Positions 20,375 through 30,587 of a DNA stretch of 64,000 nt are shown here, one piece after another. Source of the DNA: Candidatus Binatia bacterium (lineage in GTDB: Bacteria; Desulfobacterota; Binatia; Bin18). Below the pieces are notes generated by a model. The model saw only the letters and a list, made by a program, of their open reading frames with translations. It did no database searches and was not told where the DNA came from. The DNA is taken from NCBI GenBank assembly GCA_963664395.2, contig OY761159.2, positions 2,688,001 through 2,752,000 of the forward strand, given 5' to 3'. The number at the start of each line of letters is the position of its first letter. The first letter of the stretch is position 1. A program made the translations under genes and the position numbers.

Positions 20375-20589
20375 CACATACGCATGCCTCGCCGTTCCGT
20401 TTGCCCGCAGGCAAGGGAAAATACATGGCGTGTATGGAGAAAAGTGATTGGCAAGTTGGAGAAAACGGTCAAAAGATTCTTTCCCAAAGTCTTGTAACTT
20501 GTCAATTTTAGCCGTATGGGTCGAACAAGCTGCGGTTCAATCAAGCGGATCGCGGGCGAAAATCGTCAGTTCCTGTAAGGAGGGGCACT

Positions 20590-22284
20590 ATGCCGGAATA
20601 TGATCTGGTAATCAAAGACGGAATGATAATCGATGGCACGCGGCTACCGCGGTACAAAGGGGACATCGGGGTGAAAGACGGCAAGATTGCCAAGATAGGC
20701 CGTCTGCAAGCGCACCAAGGCACCAAGACGCTGGATGCGGCCGGGCACATGGTGGTGCCGGGCTTTATTGATCTGCATACCCACTACGACGCGCAACTGT
20801 TTTGGGACCCGTATCTGACGATTTCAGGCTGGCATGGCATCACCTCCGTGGTGATCGGCAACTGCGGGTTTGGCTTTGCGCCGGTGTCGCCCGAAGATCA
20901 AGAGCGGGCGATGCTCACGATGACCCGGACCGAAGCGATTCCGTACGATTCGATGAAGGCGGGGATGCCGTGGGATTGGGTGACATTCCCGGAGTTTCTG
21001 GACAGTGTCGAGCGTACGCCCAAGGGCTTGAATATTTTGCCGTATATGCCGATTGCACCCTTGATGGTGTGGGTGATGGGGCGCGAAGAGGCGAAGTCGG
21101 GCCGGATGCCGACGGACGATGAACACCGGGAGATGGTGCGGTTGCTGCATGAAGGCATGGACGCGGGTGGCTGTGGCTGGTCAGCCCAACGTTTTGGGGA
21201 AGACAGTGTCCAGTGTGATTATGACGGCACGCCCATGCCGACCGATATCATGCACAACGAGACCTGCCTGGAACTCGCCAAGGTTTTAGGCGATCGCAAC
21301 GAGGGCTTCATTCAGATGTCGCTCATCCCCAGTGTGGCGCCGATGGAAGTCATTGAAAGCCACTACGAAGAACTGGCCAAGGTGAGTGGTCGGCCGATTC
21401 TGTATAATGTCATTCAGGTCCAGGACGCCGATCCCAGCCGCCACCGGAATCTGTTAGCCTGGATCGAACGCTGCCGCCAAAAGGGCCTGCGCATCTACGG
21501 CCAGACGATCTCAACCGACGCCGGTTTTACCTTTACCTTTACCGACTGGAATTTGTGGGACGACGATCCGGCCTGGCGGGAAGCGACGCTGGGGACGGTG
21601 GAAGAACGGAAGTCGAAGTTAGCCGACCCGACCCGGCGCGCAAGCCTGAAGAACGACCCCACCGGGGCGGTCACCAGCTCGTTTGACGACGTTATTATTC
21701 TCGAAGTGAAGCGTGCAGACATGAAGCACCTGGAGAATCTGACCCTGCGCGAAGCGGGTGAGAAGGAAGGCAAGCATCCCGTGGATGCCATGCTTGACCT
21801 GGCCCTGGCCGATAACATGGAGACGACCTTCTATACCCCGTCCGTGGGCGAGAAGAATGAATATCTCCAGGAACTCGTCACTCCAGACTCCTCGCTGCTC
21901 GGGGTCTCGGATGGTGGGGCGCACACCAAGTTCTTCTGCGGCGGGCGCTATTCCACGGAAGCGATTACGCGCATAGTCCGTGACCTGAACATGATGAGCC
22001 TGGAAGAGGTCCATTGGCGGCTGAGTGCGATGCCGGCAGCCTGCGCGGGTTTTAAGGACCGCGGCGTGCTGCGGGAAGGCGCGCCGGCCGATATCGTGGT
22101 CTACGACTACGACAACCTGGAAACCTTACCGATGGAAGTGGCCCACGATCTGCCGGGTAAAGAATGGCGGCGAGTGCAAAAGGCCAAAGGCTACCGCGCG
22201 GTATTGGTGAACGGCGAGATGACGCTGGAGAACGACAAGAACACCGGCAACATTCCCGGCAAGCTGCTCCGGCACGGTGGCTAA
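20590..22284 (+). CDS. N-acyl-D-amino-acid deacylase family amidohydrolase, copy 1
   Basis: PGFIDLHTHYD, GNCGFG, SDGGAH, GAPADIVVYD. Confidence 0.9.
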   Translation: MPEYDLVIKDGMIIDGTRLPRYKGDIGVKDGKIAKIGRLQAHQGTKTLDAAGHMVVPGFIDLHTHYDAQLFWDPYLTISGWHGITSVVIGNCGFGFAPVSPEDQERAMLTMTRTEAIPYDSMKAGMPWDWVTFPEFLDSVERTPKGLNILPYMPIAPLMVWVMGREEAKSGRMPTDDEHREMVRLLHEGMDAGGCGWSAQRFGEDSVQCDYDGTPMPTDIMHNETCLELAKVLGDRNEGFIQMSLIPSVAPMEVIESHYEELAKVSGRPILYNVIQVQDADPSRHRNLLAWIERCRQKGLRIYGQTISTDAGFTFTFTDWNLWDDDPAWREATLGTVEERKSKLADPTRRASLKNDPTGAVTSSFDDVIILEVKRADMKHLENLTLREAGEKEGKHPVDAMLDLALADNMETTFYTPSVGEKNEYLQELVTPDSSLLGVSDGGAHTKFFCGGRYSTEAITRIVRDLNMMSLEEVHWRLSAMPAACAGFKDRGVLREGAPADIVVYDYDNLETLPMEVAHDLPGKEWRRVQKAKGYRAVLVNGEMTLENDKNTGNIPGKLLRHGG

Positions 22285-22337
22285 GATGAGGAAAGCCTAG
22301 GGCGCCAGTCCTAGTGCTTGCAGTTGGACAGATAGAG

Positions 22338-22366
22338 AAGGGCGCTGGCAGCAGCGCCCTTTTTTT
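22338..22366 (+). terminator. Rho-independent terminator
   Basis: AAGGGCGCTG-gcag-CAGCGCCCTT followed by a T run. Confidence 0.85.
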
Positions 22367-22525
22367 GCGGACACTCTAAAGGGTAGTGTCAATCTACTGC
22401 CTCCTCCCAATACTTTCTGCGTAAAAGCCTTGCGATAAGCCGCTTTTAGCCGTATGTATTGAGGACGCTCTGATTCGACTCATCGAACTACGGGCGAAAA
22501 TCTAAGTTCTTGAAGGAGGGGTTTT

Positions 22526-24220
22526 ATGCCGGAATATGATCTGGTGATCAAAGACGGAATGATAATCGATGGGACGCGGCTGCCGCGGTACCGAGGAGAC
22601 ATCGGCGTCAAAGATGGCAAGATTGCCAAGATAGGCCGTCTGCAAGCGCACCAAGGCACCAAGACGCTGGATGCGGCCGGGCACATGGTGGTGCCGGGCT
22701 TTATTGATCTGCATACCCACTACGACGCGCAACTGTTTTGGGACCCGTATCTGACGATTTCAGGCTGGCATGGCATCACCTCCGTGGTGATCGGCAACTG
22801 CGGGTTTGGCTTTGCGCCGGTGCCGCCCGAAGATCAAGAACGGGCGATGCTCACGATGACCCGGACCGAAGCGATTCCGTACGATTCGATGAAGGCGGGG
22901 ATGCCGTGGGATTGGGTGACATTCCCGGAGTTTCTGGACAGTGTCGAGCGCACGCCCAAGGGCTTGAACATCCTGCCGTATATGCCGATTGCGCCCTTGA
23001 TGGTGTGGGTAATGGGTCGTGAGGGGGCGAAGTCGGGCCGGATGCCGACGGACGATGAACACCGGGAGATGGTGCGGCTGCTGCATGAAGGCATGGAAGC
23101 AGGTGGCTGTGGCTGGTCAGCCCAACGTTTTGGGGAAGACAGTGTGCAGTGTGACTATGACGGCACCCCCATGCCAACGGATATCATGCACCAGGAAACC
23201 TGCGTCGAACTTGCAAAAGTCTTAGCAGAACGGAATGAGGGCTTCATCCAGATGTCGCTCATCCCGAGTGTGGCCGGCTTTAATGAAATCGAGAAGAACT
23301 ATGAAGAGCTGGCTTTGGCCAGTGGTCGGCCGATTCTGTATAATGTCATTCAGGTCCAGGACGCCGATCCCAGCCGTCACCGGAATCTGTTAGCCTGGAT
23401 CGAACGCTGCCGCCAAAAGGGCCTGCGCATCTACGGCCAGACGATCTCAACCAGCGCTGGCTTTACCTTTACCTTTACCGACTGGAATTTGTGGGACGAC
23501 GATCCGGCCTGGCGGGAAGCGACGCTGGGGACGGTGGAAGAACGGAAGTCGAAGTTGGCCGACCCGACCCGTCGGGCGTCCTTAAAGAACGACCCCACCG
23601 GGGCGGTCACCAGCTCGTTTGACGACGTTATTATTCTCGAAGTGAAGCGTGCAGACATGAAGCACCTGGAGAATCTGACCTTACGGGAAGCGGGAGAGAA
23701 GGAAGGCAAGCATCCCGTGGATGCCATGCTTGATCTGGCGGTTGCTGACGATATGGCCACGACCTTCTATACGCCGTCCGTTGGTGAGAAGAATGAATAT
23801 CTCCAGGAACTCGTCACTCCAGACTCCTCGCTGCTGGGGGTCTCGGATGGTGGGGCGCACACCAAGTTCTTCTGCGGCGGGCGCTATTCCACGGAAGCGA
23901 TTACGCGCATAGTCCGTGACCTGAACATGATGAGCCTGGAAGAGGTCCACTGGCGGCTGAGTGCTCAGCCCGCCGCCTGTGCGGGCTTTAAGGACCGCGG
24001 CGTGCTGCGTGAGGGCGCGCCGGCCGATATCGTGGTCTACGACTACGACAACCTGGAAACCTTGCCGATGGAAGTGGCCCACGATCTGCCGGGTAAAGAA
24101 TGGCGCCGAGTGCAAAAGGCCAAAGGCTACCGGGCGGTCCTGGTGAACGGCGAGATGACGCTGGAGAACGACAAGAACACGGGCAACATCCCTGGCAAGC
24201 TGCTCCGGCACGGTGGCTAA
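22526..24220 (+). CDS. N-acyl-D-amino-acid deacylase family amidohydrolase, copy 2
   Basis: Same length (564 aa) and motifs as copy 1; about 21 substitutions by manual count. Confidence 0.9.
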   Translation: MPEYDLVIKDGMIIDGTRLPRYRGDIGVKDGKIAKIGRLQAHQGTKTLDAAGHMVVPGFIDLHTHYDAQLFWDPYLTISGWHGITSVVIGNCGFGFAPVPPEDQERAMLTMTRTEAIPYDSMKAGMPWDWVTFPEFLDSVERTPKGLNILPYMPIAPLMVWVMGREGAKSGRMPTDDEHREMVRLLHEGMEAGGCGWSAQRFGEDSVQCDYDGTPMPTDIMHQETCVELAKVLAERNEGFIQMSLIPSVAGFNEIEKNYEELALASGRPILYNVIQVQDADPSRHRNLLAWIERCRQKGLRIYGQTISTSAGFTFTFTDWNLWDDDPAWREATLGTVEERKSKLADPTRRASLKNDPTGAVTSSFDDVIILEVKRADMKHLENLTLREAGEKEGKHPVDAMLDLAVADDMATTFYTPSVGEKNEYLQELVTPDSSLLGVSDGGAHTKFFCGGRYSTEAITRIVRDLNMMSLEEVHWRLSAQPAACAGFKDRGVLREGAPADIVVYDYDNLETLPMEVAHDLPGKEWRRVQKAKGYRAVLVNGEMTLENDKNTGNIPGKLLRHGG

Positions 24221-24277
24221 GAGAGAAAGACTCGGCCTCTCGGGGCTGTAGTCCTGTACGTGAGAACTGACAGATAG

Positions 24278-24308
24278 AGAAGGGCGCTTTACGGCGCCCT
24301 TCTTTTTT
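24278..24308 (+). terminator. Rho-independent terminator
   Basis: AGAAGGGCGC-tttacg-GCGCCCTTCT followed by a T run. Confidence 0.85.
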
Positions 24309-24408
24309 GGGGACAGGGAGGGGCTGGAGACACGTAAACCTCCGGAGACATCTGCCCGTGTCCTCTGTTTGTCTTTACTGCATACCTGTTGCGTGAGGAG
24401 GCAGGTGG

Positions 24409-26121
24409 ATGGCTGAACCCCAAGGCGTGTTAGAGCACGACCTAAAACGTATTGATGGTCGTCCCTATGGGTTTTATAAAGACCTACGAGGACAATCGTA
24501 TGCGTTGGGACCGTATCGATTGAGCTTTGACCATATCCAGGCCGACCCCTTTGCGTCGCCCAGCCGTGTGCGGATCGATATTCCGGCCAGCCGGGCCAAA
24601 CTTCCCGTCTGGTCATGTGACGGGACTGTGGCACGCCGGGCGAGCGCCGACTGGGCGCATCGGGTCTTTCTCCGCAAACTCTCAGCCGTCCGCGGCAAAA
24701 GCGGCTCAGGTAAAAGCGGCCTGCTCGAAATCATGCCGGCGGGTCAACAAGTACTTGAGCGGACTGCCGTTCTCGTGCGTCCTGATGGTGCTCTTCGAGT
24801 GCGGCTGAGCGTAGGCCTTCCTGCCGCGGGCCGACGCATTCTCGGGCGTGAAGCGGCCCAACTGCTTACCCGTCGATTACCCGAAGTCCTTGATCGTGTC
24901 TTTGATGAATTAGACCCCGACGCTTTACAACGTCACGTTCACTGTGTCGAAGATCAAGTGACGCTGCGGAAACAACTGTACGACAACGGCCTGGTCGCTT
25001 TCTTGGCAGAAGGTAGTATTTTGCCCCGCCGGAGTGGAGCGGATGACCGACCCATGGATGCCGCGATTCCGCTCGACGTGCCTCAAGCGCTCGCGTATGA
25101 ACTCCACGCCCCCCATGCCGGTTTGCTGCGTGGCCTTGGTCTCCGGGCTGGGGTGACACTGATTGTCGGGGGTGGCTATCATGGCAAATCGACCCTGCTC
25201 TCGGCGCTGGCCAACGGTGTGTATGACTCTATTCCAGGTGATGGCCGAGACCAATGTGTTTCCGTAGCGAGCGCGGTGAGTATTCGAGCCGAAGACGGAC
25301 GTTCGGTGCGGGGGGCGGATCTGCGGCCGTTTATCAACTCTCTCCCCCTCGGGCGCCGGACGGACTGGTTCGATACCGATGATGCCTCCGGTAGTACTTC
25401 TCAAGCTGCGGCCATTGTTGAAGCGCTGGAAGCCGGGGCAACCGCGTTTCTGATTGACGAAGACACCGCAGCGACGAATTTCATGATACGCGACGCGCGC
25501 ATGCGTCGCCTCGTGCCGAGTGAAAAAGAACCTATTACTCCCTATCTCGATCGGGTACGTCAGTTGTGGGAAGAAAAACAGGTCTCGTCGGTCCTCGTTG
25601 TTGGGGGAGCTGGCGACTATCTCGATGTAGCTGACACGGTTATCCAGATGGATGAATACCGACCAAAAGATGTGACGCAGCGGGCGCGAGCAATTGTGCA
25701 CGAGTTGCAAGCCTCTCGTCCCCAAGCCCCAGGACCGTGGCGTGAATCACAACCGCGCCGGCCCGACCCACGTAGTCTCGACCCGAGCTGCGGACGAAAA
25801 CAAGAGCGCGTCCGCAGCGTCAAAACCCGTGCGATTGAGTTCGGGAGTGAAGAGATCGATGTTTCCCTCCTGTACCAACTGGTCGATGCCGCCCAATGCC
25901 GCATGATCGGAGATGTGTTGCTGCAATGCGCCCGCGGGCTGTGCGACGGGAAAAGAAGTATTCCTGAGCTGCTTGATCGGATTGATGCCGAGATCGAGCA
26001 AGACGGTCTGGACGCCCTCACAGACCGAGACTTCGGTGACCGTGCCCGTGCCCGGCGGTTCGAAATCGTAGCGGCGCTCAATCGGCTGCGGAGTGTACGG
26101 TTGGTGGGCGGAGTACAATAA
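24409..26121 (+). CDS. ABC-class ATPase domain protein (COG3044-like)
   Basis: DHIQADPFASPS, Walker A GGGYHGKST, RAEDGR, ASGSTSQAA, Walker B LIDEDTAATNFMIRD, RRFEIVAALNRLR. Confidence 0.85.
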   Translation: MAEPQGVLEHDLKRIDGRPYGFYKDLRGQSYALGPYRLSFDHIQADPFASPSRVRIDIPASRAKLPVWSCDGTVARRASADWAHRVFLRKLSAVRGKSGSGKSGLLEIMPAGQQVLERTAVLVRPDGALRVRLSVGLPAAGRRILGREAAQLLTRRLPEVLDRVFDELDPDALQRHVHCVEDQVTLRKQLYDNGLVAFLAEGSILPRRSGADDRPMDAAIPLDVPQALAYELHAPHAGLLRGLGLRAGVTLIVGGGYHGKSTLLSALANGVYDSIPGDGRDQCVSVASAVSIRAEDGRSVRGADLRPFINSLPLGRRTDWFDTDDASGSTSQAAAIVEALEAGATAFLIDEDTAATNFMIRDARMRRLVPSEKEPITPYLDRVRQLWEEKQVSSVLVVGGAGDYLDVADTVIQMDEYRPKDVTQRARAIVHELQASRPQAPGPWRESQPRRPDPRSLDPSCGRKQERVRSVKTRAIEFGSEEIDVSLLYQLVDAAQCRMIGDVLLQCARGLCDGKRSIPELLDRIDAEIEQDGLDALTDRDFGDRARARRFEIVAALNRLRSVRLVGGVQ

Positions 26122-26228
26122 CCATCAAATAGACTTCAGCCCGGAAGCGACTCCCTACGGAACGATAAAACTCTGTCTCTCCCGCCCCCATTCCGACTTG
26201 CTCCTGCTCCGGCTACACTCTCGCCCTC

Positions 26229-27707
26229 ATGCCTGCTTCCGCTCCGCCAAAATCAGCCACCGTCCGGTTTTCCACCAAACTCTTCTACGGTATCGGGTCA
26301 GTTTCCGAAGGCACGAAAAATACGGTCTTCAACGTTTTTCTCCTCTTTTACTACAATCAGGTCCTCGGCCTGTCCGGGACGTTGAGCGGGAGTGCCATCT
26401 TCATAGCCCTGTGCGTAGACGCGATCACCGACCCCTTGGTTGGTTCGATTTCCGACAACTTTCATTCACGCTGGGGACGGCGACATCCGTTTATGTATAT
26501 GGCCGCCCTGCCTATGGCTGTGTGTTTTTTCCTCTTGTTTAACCCGCCAGAGCTGAGTCAGACCGGACTTTTTGTGTGGTTATGTACGTTTGCCATGGGG
26601 GTGCGTGTCGCGATGACGTTCTATGCGGTCCCGAGCGGAGCCATGCTCCCGGAGCTCTCGTCCGACTATGATGAGCGTACTTCTCTGGTGAGCTATCGGC
26701 TGTTGTTTGGCTGGCTCGGCGGCCTGACTGCCTCTGTTTTGGGCTATTTTTATTTCTTCGCTCCTTCCGAGGCGTTTGCTGATGGCCGCCTGAATCCTGG
26801 GGCGTATGAAACGTTTGCGTTTGTCTGCGCCGGGATGATTCTCACGACAATTTTGGCGTGTGCGCTTGGGACACATGGGCTTATTCCGAGTCTGAGGGCT
26901 CCACCGGCAAAACAGCAGCTAACGCTGCGTCGATTTGCCGGCGAGCTGCGTGAGGCATTCTCCAATCGTTCCTATCGGATGCTTGTCATTGGCTCTTTGT
27001 TTGCCGCCGGGGCGCGGGGGTTTAACGACGTGGTATGGCTGTATATGAACACCTACTTCTGGGGATTCTCAACCCATGAAATCGGCCTCTTGACCTTTGG
27101 CCTCTTTTTCTCTGCCCTCATTGCCTTTTTCCTGACACGGCCCTTGACTGAGCGGTTTGATAAAAGACAGGCGATTCTTGGTTTAGCCGCCTTTGCTATC
27201 TTTTTTGGGCCTGCGCTGATTTTTTTGCGCCTCTTCGGTCTGCTCCCTGAAAACGGCCATCCAAGTCTGCTGCCCCTTATCGCCGGCCATGTCATCCTCC
27301 TTGTGACTGCCGTGGTTGCCATCGATATCCTGATTCCTTCCATGATTGCGGATAGCGTGGATGAAAATGAAATGGCGACCGGAAAACGCCGCGAGGGTAT
27401 CTTTTTTTCAACTATCACATTTTGTGCGAAGGCAGCGTCCGGAATAGGAGGCTTGCTGGCAGGAGTGGCCCTCGACCTCATCCAGTTCCCGACTCTGGCA
27501 GAACCAGGCACAGTTGCGGCCTCTCAGGTCTTCACCTTGGGTCTTGCAGTTGGTCCGGGTTTAATGGTGCTCTTTCTCTGTGCGCTGGTCTTTTTATCCC
27601 GGTATCAAATGACCCGTGCCCGTTATCTTGAGATCCTGACCGAACTGGATCGCCGCCAGAAAGATACTGCGCAGTGTGAACCGGGAGTTGCTTCTGAAGG
27701 CGGTTAA
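26229..27707 (+). CDS. MFS transporter, GPH (MelB-like) family
   Basis: DAITDPLVGSISD...WGRRHPF, ELSSDYDERT, MIADSVDENE...GKRREG. Confidence 0.88.
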   Translation: MPASAPPKSATVRFSTKLFYGIGSVSEGTKNTVFNVFLLFYYNQVLGLSGTLSGSAIFIALCVDAITDPLVGSISDNFHSRWGRRHPFMYMAALPMAVCFFLLFNPPELSQTGLFVWLCTFAMGVRVAMTFYAVPSGAMLPELSSDYDERTSLVSYRLLFGWLGGLTASVLGYFYFFAPSEAFADGRLNPGAYETFAFVCAGMILTTILACALGTHGLIPSLRAPPAKQQLTLRRFAGELREAFSNRSYRMLVIGSLFAAGARGFNDVVWLYMNTYFWGFSTHEIGLLTFGLFFSALIAFFLTRPLTERFDKRQAILGLAAFAIFFGPALIFLRLFGLLPENGHPSLLPLIAGHVILLVTAVVAIDILIPSMIADSVDENEMATGKRREGIFFSTITFCAKAASGIGGLLAGVALDLIQFPTLAEPGTVAASQVFTLGLAVGPGLMVLFLCALVFLSRYQMTRARYLEILTELDRRQKDTAQCEPGVASEGG

Positions 27708-27886
27708 GGCAGGCTGCCTCACGGCTATATTTTCAGCCTCTGTTTTCTTTCCTTTTCTCTTGCATTTCTCCCTCAAAGGAGCCACAAAGAGAAAAAATAC
27801 AGGAGCGCCTCTCGCCTTTGCTGAGAGGGAGAAGCGATGGGATACCTCAACGTACACGCACTGACCCATTTGGAAGGAGGGCTGAT

Positions 27887-28996
27887 ATGAAAGTTGGTAT
27901 GTCGATTTTTATGCAGAACACGGACGAGCGGTGGTCTGACTACGAGGTCTATAAAAATGACCTCCGTCTGGCGGACCAGGCTGAGGACCTGGGCTTTGAC
28001 TCGTTATGGAGTGTTGAGCATCATTTTACACCCTATACCATGGTGCCCAACGTGACCCAGTTCCTCACTTATATGGCTGGTCGCACGAAGAAGATTGAAT
28101 TAGGGACGATGGTGATTGTCTTACCATGGCACGATCCTGTGCGTGTTGCAGAAGAGATTGCCATGCTGGACCTCTTATCCGATGGCCGTATCATCATCGG
28201 CTTTGGCCGTGGCGCGGCAACGGTGGAGTATGATGGCTTCCGCGTTTCCATGGAAGAATCTCGCGATCGTTTTGTCGAAGCCGCCGAGGTGGTAGTCAAA
28301 GCATTATCCAATGAGCGTTTTTCGCACCAGGGCACGTTTTTTCAAATTCCTGAGACGAGCATTCGACCCCGCCCTTTTTCCCACCCGGAACAACGCCTGT
28401 ATGGTGCGGCCGTCAGCCCGGATACGGCTGAGCGTATGGCTCAGTTAGGATTAGGCGTGCTGGTTGCAGTTCCGCTGCACGGCTGGGATGCGGTCGCGAA
28501 AGACGTGCAGCGGCATGATGAGATCATTCGGGCGGCTGGCAAAGAACCGGTCCCGCCTATCGTCGCCAGCTTTGTCTATGTTGGGGAGACCGAGAAAGAG
28601 GCTCGTGAAGGCGCAACCCAACACATGGGTGGTTACTGGGGGTCGGCCGATGCCCACTATAATTTCTTGGACGGACACCTCAAGCAGGTCAAGGGCTATG
28701 AGCACTATGGAGTGATTGCTGATAATGCAAAGACCACAACGCCTGAGCAAGGCGTGCAGGATTTTATCAATCTCCAAGTGGCTGGAACCCCGGATCAGTG
28801 CATAGCACAAATTCATGCCATGCAAGAAAAAGTCGGCTTCGATCATTTGATTGCAGTCTTCAGCTATGGGGGGATGCCGCCTGAACAGACCGAACGGAAT
28901 ATGAAGCTGTTTGCGTCTGAAGTGCTGCCCAAGCTCCAAAGCCAAGGGGCCCCTGTCACGGTTGGTGGTAGCGCGTCCCACATCTCGGCCAAGTAG
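27887..28996 (+). CDS. LLM class flavin-dependent oxidoreductase (luciferase-like)
   Basis: GFDSLWSVEHHF, PWHDPVRVAEEIAMLD, GFGRG; AAGGAGG RBS. Confidence 0.88.
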   Translation: MKVGMSIFMQNTDERWSDYEVYKNDLRLADQAEDLGFDSLWSVEHHFTPYTMVPNVTQFLTYMAGRTKKIELGTMVIVLPWHDPVRVAEEIAMLDLLSDGRIIIGFGRGAATVEYDGFRVSMEESRDRFVEAAEVVVKALSNERFSHQGTFFQIPETSIRPRPFSHPEQRLYGAAVSPDTAERMAQLGLGVLVAVPLHGWDAVAKDVQRHDEIIRAAGKEPVPPIVASFVYVGETEKEAREGATQHMGGYWGSADAHYNFLDGHLKQVKGYEHYGVIADNAKTTTPEQGVQDFINLQVAGTPDQCIAQIHAMQEKVGFDHLIAVFSYGGMPPEQTERNMKLFASEVLPKLQSQGAPVTVGGSASHISAK

Positions 28997-29024
28997 CAAC
29001 TCCCTTGTTGCATCCGGTATTATA

Positions 29025-29058
29025 AAAGGGAGCCTCAGTGCAGGCTCCCTTTATTTTT
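29025..29058 (+). terminator. Hairpin terminator (potentially bidirectional)
   Basis: AAAGGGAGCCT-cagtgc-AGGCTCCCTTT followed by ATTTTT. Confidence 0.7.
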
Positions 29059-29076
29059 GTGTGTGCAGGAGGCGCC

Positions 29077-30453
29077 GTGGGATTCGCCAAGGATATTCTA
29101 TGTATTGGAGCGGGCTATGTGGGAGGGCCAACCATGGCCATGATTGCCGCCCGCTGCCCACAGTACAAGGTCACCGTTGCGGACATCAACCCCGCCCGTA
29201 TTGATGCGTGGCAGAGTGACCAACTGCCGATCTATGAGCCTGGTCTCGACGAGGTGGTGAAGCAAGTACGGGACCACAACCTCTTTTTTTCGACTCAAGT
29301 AGCTCAAGGCATCCATGCCGCCGATATCATCTTTGTCTCGGTCAATACCCCAACGAAAACCTTTGGCCAGGGCGCTGGAAGAGCGGCAGATTTGCAATAC
29401 TGGGAGAGAACGGCGCGCCAGATTCTTGAACATTCTGATCGGAACAAGATTGTTGTAGAAAAGTCGACGCTGCCGGTCCGGACCGCCGAGGCTATGGAGC
29501 GTATCTTAAACGCCAATACCAAGAATATTCGTTTTGAGGTGCTCTCCAACCCGGAATTTCTGGCCGAAGGAAGCGCCATCACCGACCTGGAAACCCCCGA
29601 TCGCGTCCTCATTGGATCGAAAGAAACGCCTGAAGGGATCGAAGCCAGGAAAGCCATTGTCGATATTTACGCCAACTGGGTTCCGAGAGAGAATATTATT
29701 GAGTCGAACGTCTGGAGTGCCGAGCTTTCAAAGCTCGCCGCGAACGCCTTTTTAGCCCAGCGCATTTCTTCCATCAATACGATTTCCGCCTTGTGCGAAA
29801 AAACAGAGGCGGACGTGGATGAAGTCGCCTACGCGATTGGGAAAGATTCGCGTATTGGACCGAAGTTCTTGAAGTCGAGTGTCGGTTTTGGTGGGTCGTG
29901 CTTCAAAAAGGACATTCTGAACCTCGTCTACATCTGTCAAAGCTACGGTCTCACCGAGGTTGCCGAGTACTGGGAGTCGGTCGTCAAAATTAACGAGTGG
30001 CAGGAGCGCCGCTTTGTTCGGACTATCCTCGAAAGTATGTTCAACACGGTGGCCGGTAAACGCATCGCTTTACTGGGTTTTGCCTTTAAGGCCAACACCG
30101 GAGACACGCGTGAATCTCCGGCTATTTATATTGCGCGTGGTCTCGCCGAAGAGCGTGCCGAGGTCGTGGTGACAGACCCGCAGGCACTCGATAACGCGCA
30201 GGATGATCTCGCGGATATGAGAGACCGGGTAACCCTTGAACCCGACCCCTATACCGCGGCAGAGGGGGCGCACGCCATTGCGATTCTGACCGAGTGGGAT
30301 GTGTATCGCCAGCTCGATTACGCCCGCATTTTTGCGTCCATGGCGCAACCGGCCTTCCTCTTCGACGGCCGCAACATCCTGGACCACCAACAGCTCTTTG
30401 AGCTGGGTTTCAACGTCTTTCCGATTGGAAAGTCCGCGCTCAAACATTTCTGA
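29077..30453 (+). CDS. ugd: UDP-glucose 6-dehydrogenase
   Basis: CIGAGYVGGPT, EKSTLPV, SNPEFLAEG, GFGGSCFKKD, AFKANTGDTRES; GTG start after AGGAGG. Confidence 0.93.
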   Translation: MGFAKDILCIGAGYVGGPTMAMIAARCPQYKVTVADINPARIDAWQSDQLPIYEPGLDEVVKQVRDHNLFFSTQVAQGIHAADIIFVSVNTPTKTFGQGAGRAADLQYWERTARQILEHSDRNKIVVEKSTLPVRTAEAMERILNANTKNIRFEVLSNPEFLAEGSAITDLETPDRVLIGSKETPEGIEARKAIVDIYANWVPRENIIESNVWSAELSKLAANAFLAQRISSINTISALCEKTEADVDEVAYAIGKDSRIGPKFLKSSVGFGGSCFKKDILNLVYICQSYGLTEVAEYWESVVKINEWQERRFVRTILESMFNTVAGKRIALLGFAFKANTGDTRESPAIYIARGLAEERAEVVVTDPQALDNAQDDLADMRDRVTLEPDPYTAAEGAHAIAILTEWDVYRQLDYARIFASMAQPAFLFDGRNILDHQQLFELGFNVFPIGKSALKHF

Positions 30454-30587
30454 CGCGTCTGTCCGATAGCTACAAGGCTATAATCTACTGTGAAACGCTT
30501 TAGGCAATCGTCTACGACTTGGTCAAGTGATTTCTAGGAGAGTAAAGGTCAGGTAGCTAATTCGAGGCAGTGAGATAGAAGGGTAGC

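Larger units (their letters stand above)
20490..24308 (+). repeat. Tandem duplication, period 1936 bp (leader + CDS + terminator)
   Basis: CDS starts at 20590 and 22526. Both copies share TTTTAGCCGTATG and CGGGCGAAAATC upstream and GACAGATAGAGAAGGGCGC downstream. Confidence 0.9.

Noticed and set aside
22381-22400. GGGTAGTGTC at the junction of the duplicated amidohydrolases, resembling the MITE end
   Set aside because: Only 8-9 nt match and there is no partner inverted repeat; could be chance.
23681-25725. Long antisense ORFs (23681-24634, 24925-25725; likewise 12036-12827, 43120-43881, 60150-61019)
   Set aside because: Shadow frames opposite well-supported genes in GC-rich DNA, with no motifs.
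27707-27887. Possible structured leader or ncRNA upstream of the LLM gene
   Set aside because: Only short purine/pyrimidine-tract hairpins; no riboswitch consensus recognised.
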